Positions 11,601 through 18,057 of a stretch of 64,000 nucleotides of DNA are shown here, piece after piece. Under the pieces are notes generated by a model. The model had not been told where the DNA came from, did not search any database, and saw only the letters and a list, made by a program, of their open reading frames with translations. The stretch lies in assembly GCA_002633005.1 (NCBI GenBank), contig NMRA01000573.1:186001-250000 (forward strand), in the 5' to 3' direction. Within the stretch, counting starts at the first letter, position 1. Each line of letters begins with the position of its first letter. Origin of the DNA: Phoronis australis (lineage: Eukaryota; Animalia; Phoronida). Made by a program: the position numbers and the translations under genes.

Positions 11601-14600
11601 AACTGTTGCCACTGTAAATGAAACGTTTTCCATCATGGCGGAGACGGTGAATTCAGAGAATCGCTTAGTAGCAAAGAATGCGTTGTCTAACATTGGCCAA
11701 GCAAACGCGCATTGGACATTCGTTCCATTTCATGACCTTCGTGAATATATACATGAGTTAATGATTTTCTATTTCATTCAGTCACATGATGAACCGTGTG
11801 AAGTTCTGACAGCCGACAATTCTACGGAAATGGTGTTCACGGCTCCAGTCTCGGACACAAAGCTGTATAGTCAACTATGGTTTACATACAAGGGAGAAAT
11901 CCTAAATGTAGGCAATGGGTTGTCACTAAGTTATGGCGCACATATCTCTGAGCAAGTGAAACTTGTCTCGAATGACCAAACTACTTTCGGCACGAAGTGG
12001 ACCATTCATGGGAGCACCATCCAGCCAACTCTTCTCAGTGACAAAGTACTGTCGATCAACACAAACACTGGACTGGTAGAGATAAAAAATAACAGTTACT
12101 TGGCAACGCAAAAATGGAAGATGCTTGAATTTAGTCAAGCCATTGATCAACCGGAGTCTCTTGCATGTTTTAAATACGATCTAAATGACTCCGTGTTTAT
12201 CAAACATGAAAGCATTCCATGCAAAGTTCTTACTGCATCAGACGACGGATTGTCGATTACTTTCCAAGAGTTTGAAGAGTCCATTGTTGCTCGGCAACTA
12301 TGGTACTTCAAGTATGGCCATTTAGTAAACGTTGAGTTTGGAAGGTCTATGAAAGTTAACGACGAAGCAGTGTCTTTGGTAGAGACTAGAAAGTATGATT
12401 CTCAGCAATACCTTAATAGAAATGGGACATCGGTGGTCAAGGCGTTGAACGGAAGAACAATTTGTTCCATGTGGCCTGCAAAATCCGACGATGGCTCGTC
12501 TTTAACGTGTAAAAACAACAAGTTCTCTGCCATGAAGTGGTCGTTCGTCCAATTAGACGATGGATTACATGACATAGGATCTATCCGCTGCTTGATATTA
12601 ATACAGAGTCAGGTTACGCCGTGTGAGTTCATAACAGGATATGTCAGTGATGAAAAATACGGTACTTTGAAATTACGGCCAATGATAGATGACCTCGTTG
12701 ATACTCAGATTTTCTACTGGAGGAATTACAGCTTAGTTCACTTGAAGAGCAGTTTAGTAGTGTCCGAATCTCCCGGCGCTTTAACTTTGCAACAGTCTTC
12801 ACACTCACGCAGCAAGTTTGTCTACGAGCCATTTCTTCACCACATTATTTTTGCAAACTCTAATAAGGCAGTAGCATTTAATCCTAATAACGACGGTGTT
12901 TTAGTTAAAGAAGACATTAGATACATCTCAAAGCAAAAGTGGTCTTTCATTGAGCTGAACGATGCCATGCATGAAAAGGTAGAAAACTGTCCCGAGCGTT
13001 CACAACCATCCAGGTATTTCTTCATCAAGCATCGAGATCAACCGTGTTTGGTTCTCACTGGAGCTAATCAGGGTGAATCACCAGAATTCAAAATATTCAA
13101 CCAGGACAATTTCTATGACCAAGTGTGGTACGTTCATAACAATCAGATTGTAAATGCAGGCAAAGATCTTGCCATAATGTTGGGTGATGTTCTTAATGAA
13201 AACTCGCGCCAAGTGATAATGTGGCACAGGTACGCCTATTCATTACGTCAGCGTTTTATTTTAACGACCACTCAGTCATCGTCGATTCAGAGCCAAATGG
13301 ATATGAGCTGCTATCTTTCTAGCGACGATTTTGGCACAGGGTCGACCGCTAATGCTGTTTGCAGGGGAAAAGGTTCTTCAAACTGGAATTTCGTGGACAT
13401 AAACGATGATTACATTCAAAAAGTAACATGTAGATTCTTCATTCAGTCAGAGGAGGTGCCGCCATGTGAACTATTGACTGGGCAAGGAATAGACAGGCAA
13501 GTTCGTCTCCGGCCTCTTGATACTGACGATGTGGAAAGTCAGTTGTGGTATTGGGATGGTGATCGAATTTTGAACGCGAAAACTAAGATGGCAATTTCAG
13601 ATTACGGCAATACAATCACTCTCCGACGTAAGGACGAATCCTTGACACAAACGTGGTTGTATGAGAATACAAGAGTTAAATCCAGAACTAATCCAAACCA
13701 GGTAATAACGTTCTCTCATGATTCTGGCAGTGTCTATCTATCCCCTCTGTCTAGATGGAACCACGTTCTTAAATACCAGAGTTGGATTTTTTTGAGAGAA
13801 AAGGATGGCTTTGACAATCCAGATCGGCTTCGCTGTATTTCGTCGAATTCGAACCCAGACATGTATATTATAAGAAGCGAGCATAAGGAGTGTCCCTTAC
13901 TAAAACATGTGGGAAACGATCGTCCAGGTGTTCGAAAACTACAAAAGAACGTTGACGCCGGAGTACTTTGGGTTGTTCAAAATGACCATCTTATCAACGT
14001 GGAGGCAAAGAAGAGTTTGATGGCCACTCGTACATCGACATTACAATTTGAGAACACGTATACTCACGAGCCTCGCCAACATTGGGAAATGGACAACGAT
14101 AGAATAAAAAGTTGGCTCCATGGTCCACAATTCCTTGAAGTTTCTGGCAGTTCTGTAAAGTTGGCCAGTCACCAGGAGACAACGAAACAAGAATGGCAAT
14201 GGTTCACATTGAAGGAATATGAAAACGATAATAAGTTGATGCGCTGCTCGCGGTGTTATAACAAGCAGGAAGAAACAGCGTCAGAGGTAATAGGATATAT
14301 TCCTATTTTCGGTTGGCTATATAATCTGTTTCGGTCCGTTGCCTACGCTGCCAAACAATGCCCGGATGTGGCTTTAACGGCATTCATGGATTTCGGTCTG
14401 GATATTGCCTTTGACCTTGTATCATTACTTAGCGGCGGTACGGCTTCTGCTTTGGCGTATGGTTTAAAAACTGGACTGAAATTCGGAATAAAGGCAGGGT
14501 TGAAGGCAACCTTTCATGCTGTGAAAGGAATGGTAAAAATGTCAATTGTAGCTGCTAAGAACGGCTTTAAGAACTTAGCGAAAAATGGATTGAGGCAAAC

Positions 14601-15846
14601 TTTAAAATTTAAGCTGAAGACTGCCGCTTCAACAATGAGAACTCAACTGAAAACGTCAATAAAAAGTTTGAAATTTATGCTTAAGTTAAGTTCACGTTCC
14701 CTTAAGGAGCATACAATAAAGCTTGGAAGCCTCATGTTAAAAGGAGGCAAGCGCATGAGAGCGATCGCAACTAAGTCTGGCAAGGCACCTGGTCCGTCTA
14801 AATTCAACAATTTCCCAGAATTATTCAGTAACGTGAGGAAATCTGTTATAGACAAGATACAATCTATTGGCAAAAACTTTAAGAGCAAGTTAAAACGGAA
14901 ACTAGACGACTTGTCAAACAAAGCAGAAGATGCTATTAATAGGTCGAAACACCACAAAGTTCGTAACATGAAGCTCATGTGCAGAAGGGTTCGTAGAGCA
15001 CTGGTGCCGAACAGCCCTTGTAAAAATATAAAAGGGTTGAACGGTGCTACACTTGAACAAACCACAGCTGCTCTGTCGGACGCTAAACGTTATCGTGAGC
15101 TTCCAGCCCCCCCTGAAGAAATACTCCAAGACTTTAGATCTCTTTCTGTCAAGGCAAACTTGAATGATGAGAAATTAACAGGTCAGTTTGGTGCGTTAGC
15201 CATCAAGCAAAACGGGGAGTTAAGACACGTGCAACTGCAAACGATTTCCGAAATAATTGACAAGAGAAAACAAGCACCGTCCGATCCTCAATATAAACCT
15301 ATAAAAGTGGCCCAAGACGTGGAACCTGATGGACAGGAGCTTCCTTCAAAGGACGTTCGTCACGTGGAACAGAGTTTAATGGAAAATCTGGACATGAGAC
15401 AACTGGAAAAGTGTTCCGAAAAGAGTCCTTGCTCTATATATCTTTTTACCAAGAATTCTCCATGCTCAAGTCACGCGATGGGGCCCGAAACGTTAAGCTG
15501 TATACAGTACATTGGAGGTCGGTGCAAGAAGTTGAAACATGTACGTTGTATTGTTGGGTTTGATAAGATTTACACGCATCTGGATTACCTGCATGACAAC
15601 TCTTGGCGGGAATTTTTTCGTCGAGTTGTCTCTAAACAGGAAGTTGGAAATTTGTTTAAAAAGAGCAAGTGGATTAAACAAGCGGATGTCGACCTAATTA
15701 AAGACATTACTAAAAATGTAGACTACGACAAGTTCAAAGACTCTGATGCACTACGTAGAGAAGTGAACAAAAAACTTTCGGAAGAAGCGGAATTGGCTAG
15801 AATGTTAGATTTGAATAAACAAAATACAGATATTTATCGGCTGTAA
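8671..15846 (+). CDS. Large single-coding-exon secreted or membrane-anchored protein: ricin-B-like lectin repeats, hydrophobic helical region and C-terminal AID/APOBEC(SNAD)-like deaminase (AB-toxin-like)
   Basis: Uninterrupted 2391-aa ORF. Hydrophobic leader FALLWALLLIL. Furin-type sites RDKR(109-112), RSRR(266-269), RTKR(299-302), RQRR(365-368). About 11 repeats of the form FFI-x5-PC-x-VLT...QLWYW...I-x-N...Q-x-W. GYIPIFG hydrophobic block. C2104-RRVRR-x7-C2117. H2231-V-E2233 and YLFTKNSPC2265-x11-C2277. The ORF is certain; domain calls are motif-based. Confidence 0.85.
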   Translation: MQQRGRIQRFALLWALLLILQQFDVVLLMNVAQLSGHRTIKNEQPRWKQSSRDLPSVPNVFQNPKRSGEGEAHDVATTLQKSATTELFKGNATEGVEELKFSPRAQAKRDKRSIGEDINRVIEAIKTSVETMDNRDTFARNVSTWLRSCHSHRDQNIHFWRKHVALYPFFLVTLSIALYVRGCREELKNHLQELLDILDANDVIDFVEDFNILRVKDLMSGSSERDFMHDADTPEAMINAESEEIVVENFKNIKQLSEIFDDFNGRSRRSHYGLQPALDDIITQYEVLKSMYSHEENDRTKRNTGNRKPENSLTIDREVLAKILDKRFVQDSDHILSSSITRHAFKSINDRLYSQILPQTNPLHRQRRAADMDDETARPFFIKNSAFPCKLLTAKMSGGQYVMSMESYSEEALQLWVWENGHLRNFGNKLYANLESQLLSDSAPRTLLRKLNDWLAVDGRENSGCYVEVKVAGFSVELRKNCQGTSQKWHFVQIEKARESFDSVVCLFVIQNRDSCLVLEHRQEHLRSRPVPRQVHTQQLWYWDHHRIRNAYSHMYLASNGSEMFLTDSKQQAWSYKEWPVDDVTKVTFPGISHATSQANDNIAKGDWDLTDAGDDEKMRCGRKHYYVLKNTEKPCNVLCVEETDNGPYLSVPASVGILSFMVVTVFALSVAGVYHQRQGKQTPAKLFFIAAAAVGLVTSVCVTCAAVVRKVVKLIKFDYFDPENPLNCLWYSQKEKLVNVRHGSDLNTNSSEVELTMNQGMLKQLGKENCYLHVAGEQSISCQNEPTNSSWGLVDYDDNEFSAKIFCLYVLPQNKPRCEDMRRYRQTTSGHGVAHDKQTDDDHDVLEQKLWYFHGDNLVNLDSGDVFNGSVSEQSPINFINYTQNCSTSLSLFFIQTKAANRRILGFDRSEGNVSFQTYNDDNVLDKLWYIKGSHIFNYATGYKLMFNVSSTNRTVFLTHRAQSDEMEWYAKDNRITVATVNETFSIMAETVNSENRLVAKNALSNIGQANAHWTFVPFHDLREYIHELMIFYFIQSHDEPCEVLTADNSTEMVFTAPVSDTKLYSQLWFTYKGEILNVGNGLSLSYGAHISEQVKLVSNDQTTFGTKWTIHGSTIQPTLLSDKVLSINTNTGLVEIKNNSYLATQKWKMLEFSQAIDQPESLACFKYDLNDSVFIKHESIPCKVLTASDDGLSITFQEFEESIVARQLWYFKYGHLVNVEFGRSMKVNDEAVSLVETRKYDSQQYLNRNGTSVVKALNGRTICSMWPAKSDDGSSLTCKNNKFSAMKWSFVQLDDGLHDIGSIRCLILIQSQVTPCEFITGYVSDEKYGTLKLRPMIDDLVDTQIFYWRNYSLVHLKSSLVVSESPGALTLQQSSHSRSKFVYEPFLHHIIFANSNKAVAFNPNNDGVLVKEDIRYISKQKWSFIELNDAMHEKVENCPERSQPSRYFFIKHRDQPCLVLTGANQGESPEFKIFNQDNFYDQVWYVHNNQIVNAGKDLAIMLGDVLNENSRQVIMWHRYAYSLRQRFILTTTQSSSIQSQMDMSCYLSSDDFGTGSTANAVCRGKGSSNWNFVDINDDYIQKVTCRFFIQSEEVPPCELLTGQGIDRQVRLRPLDTDDVESQLWYWDGDRILNAKTKMAISDYGNTITLRRKDESLTQTWLYENTRVKSRTNPNQVITFSHDSGSVYLSPLSRWNHVLKYQSWIFLREKDGFDNPDRLRCISSNSNPDMYIIRSEHKECPLLKHVGNDRPGVRKLQKNVDAGVLWVVQNDHLINVEAKKSLMATRTSTLQFENTYTHEPRQHWEMDNDRIKSWLHGPQFLEVSGSSVKLASHQETTKQEWQWFTLKEYENDNKLMRCSRCYNKQEETASEVIGYIPIFGWLYNLFRSVAYAAKQCPDVALTAFMDFGLDIAFDLVSLLSGGTASALAYGLKTGLKFGIKAGLKATFHAVKGMVKMSIVAAKNGFKNLAKNGLRQTLKFKLKTAASTMRTQLKTSIKSLKFMLKLSSRSLKEHTIKLGSLMLKGGKRMRAIATKSGKAPGPSKFNNFPELFSNVRKSVIDKIQSIGKNFKSKLKRKLDDLSNKAEDAINRSKHHKVRNMKLMCRRVRRALVPNSPCKNIKGLNGATLEQTTAALSDAKRYRELPAPPEEILQDFRSLSVKANLNDEKLTGQFGALAIKQNGELRHVQLQTISEIIDKRKQAPSDPQYKPIKVAQDVEPDGQELPSKDVRHVEQSLMENLDMRQLEKCSEKSPCSIYLFTKNSPCSSHAMGPETLSCIQYIGGRCKKLKHVRCIVGFDKIYTHLDYLHDNSWREFFRRVVSKQEVGNLFKKSKWIKQADVDLIKDITKNVDYDKFKDSDALRREVNKKLSEEAELARMLDLNKQNTDIYRL
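9808..14210 (+). other. Tandem array of about 11 ricin-B/beta-trefoil-like (QxW) lectin domains within the large ORF
   Basis: Repeat starts: FFIKNSAFPCKLLT, FVIQNRDSCLVL, YVLKNTEKPCNVL, YVLPQNKPRC, FFIQTKAANRRIL, YFIQSHDEPCEVLT, VFIKHESIPCKVLT, LIQSQVTPCEFIT, FFIKHRDQPCLVLT, FFIQSEEVPPCELLT, YIIRSEHKECPLL. Spacing is mostly about 130-145 aa, with recurring QLW/QKW/QxW motifs. Confidence 0.7.
14998..15846 (+). other. C-terminal zinc-dependent deaminase-like domain (AID/APOBEC/SNAD-type fold), copy A
   Basis: HVE at 15361; strand plus SPC motif SIYLFTKNSPC with C at 15463; second Cys at 15499; later IVGFDKIY at the position of the AID/APOBEC strand-4/'ARLY' motif. Confidence 0.7.
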
Positions 15847-17532
15847 ACATACAGTGATTGGACTATAGTGTTCTTGAAAACAGAAAGGGAACGTGTAGAC
15901 GAAGTGGGATGTTGAAGATTTGCATTTTCCCGCTTTTCCCCGAACTTGGATGATAAACTTCTGAAAGCCAATGATATCGACGCATATTCGTGTGGGCTGT
16001 TGAAACCACGTACAACCAGGTCTTTTAGAAAAGCATCACGCGCCTGTTTTGCCTCGTCAACCCATTCTGCGCCCTATTATTCTGAATTTTAGAAGTATCT
16101 TGGATTTTATCTCTTTTACACGATGACCTATTTTTCGTCTACACTCCTGCTTTCTTTTTGAAATGGGGGGACCTTTTGAAGTTATAACTACAAATTATAA
16201 AGTGTGTTGTGTTTTGTGACTTTATTTCAAATGTAAAGTCTTGTCGTTGTGTCAGTCATTCGCTGAAATGAAGGCCGTTGAAGTTACCAAATTAATAGGC
16301 TTAACATACGATGTCACTGATCGTGTGGGATGTACATGTACCTAGTTCAGATTCGAAACCACTCTTGGGCTGTTATTCATTTTTGTCACCGATATTGTCA
16401 CCTTGACAACCACCGTCGAAGCAATGTCAGAAACCTGGCGAAATGTAATATAAGAAACAACGGGAGATTATAGGGAAATCATGAATTCAACAACGTTTGC
16501 GATATCCACTTTAATTGACAATATCGGGAAATGCCTACGGTTAAATAGTATGTGGGATGATAATTGGAAATTACAACTTCTGACTCGCATCTAAATATTT
16601 GCTTTGTGTTATTTAGTGATTAATGTTTATATCGGTACCTGCATTGTTCTGATGTGACGAACGCCTACGACGAAATCGTTACTGTACTGCGCTAGGCCGC
16701 ACCACGTAGCCTACAGCTATTTTATAGGCTACTTATAACTTGTGGAAATCATAGACTATAATCTATGGTGGAAACAAATGTGAAGATATCCGGAACATGG
16801 TGGTATGGGTTTTCTGTTTTCAGGTTTTGGAAGGTGACTCAATTACTTGTGTTGATGAAACAGTGACTGTCAGACTCTGTGACAATGTTATTCCCTACAT
16901 GATTGTTTTAAGTCCACATAGCAAATTATGCCCTTTGAAAATTGAACTTTTATTAACTCTGAATTTTACCATAAAACTAAATAAGTTGATTTATTTTAGA
17001 TGTGCTTGATTGTAGGCCCACTTGGGTATACCTAACACTGATATTCTTCTTTTTGTAACGTCTCTTTGTAAAGTAAACTTCTGTAACTTCAGACTGATAT
17101 AGTCTGTCAAGTAACGGCACAATGGTGTTCACTCTCTTTACTCGAGGTCGTGGTTTCGAGTCCCACTGGATCACACTGCTAGACCTTTGGCTCAGGTCTC
17201 TAGCTCCTCAGCTCTGTTTTAACTATTTATTAAAAAAGCATAAAAATGGTTCCAGGTGATCACTGCAATGGGCCCACAAGCACGACCTGCACACGTCTGC
17301 TACAACGTGTATCAGACCGCCTGCAATTATTTTTTTTAAACGACACAATGTTTATTTTGATGTACTCTTGTTAATAAATATTTTACTTTTTTACTATTAA
17401 ATCGTATTATTCATCGGTCATCACCGTCACAAACAGGTTACTACTATTGTCGAGCAAAATTTAATTTAAACATATTCTTTGTTCATTATAGGTCTAGGAT
17501 GCATTTGACTAGGCGATTTTTATTCTGCGATT

Positions 17533-17592
17533 TTTATGGAATAAACTATTCGTTGACTCTTAAAAGAGTCAACGAATAGTTTATTCCATAAA
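17533..17592. repeat. Perfect 60-bp palindrome (29-bp arms); copy B version at about 22494-22551 carries mismatches
   Basis: tttatggaataaactattcgttgactctt-aa-aagagtcaacgaatagtttattccataaa. Confidence 0.9.
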
Positions 17593-18057
17593 GCAGCGTG
17601 GGTCGCATCGCAGCCCCAGATATCCTTCCGCTCAGTGAATCGCCCTGGCCAATAATAGACTTATTCTGTTCTTGCGTACGTTTTCAGTAGTCTTTGCAGT
17701 CTCGTGAATCCATGCAATCGAACAATTCATTATGCAGGCCTACATTAGCATGAAATATGTAATCAAACAGTGAACGACATTGAAATGCCTGTTACAAATT
17801 TCTATTGACAAACAAGGTGTAGACATCAAATTTTTTAAAATAGTGACAACAAAATCCGGAGATTTTAAATATGGTGTGAAATGCTCACAACTCGTGGAAA
17901 AATAACGCAAACTTCAGTGAAAGCATATTGAACAACAAAACTCAACTCAGTGACATCGTCGTAAGCGGCGGAGTAGTTTTTTTCGCTGTTTTGAAATTAC
18001 CGCCACTGACGTACCCGTTCACTGCGCCCCACTTGACAGCAGTCATTACTGAGATAN

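Larger units (their letters stand above)
13066..18056 (+). repeat. Copy A of an approximately 5-kb duplicated segment
   Basis: Aligns end to end with 18058-23025; near-identical at both ends and divergent in the middle. Confidence 0.9.

Noticed and set aside
9044-15681. Numerous short antisense or alternative-frame ORFs within the large ORF
   Set aside because: Shadow ORFs of a long coding sequence with no independent features.
15847-18056. Cognate immunity gene downstream of the deaminase tip
   Set aside because: Only short ORFs (16797-17009, 16977-17174) are present and they are not preserved in copy B. The 22216-22539 ORF is frameshifted in copy A by a poly-T length difference.
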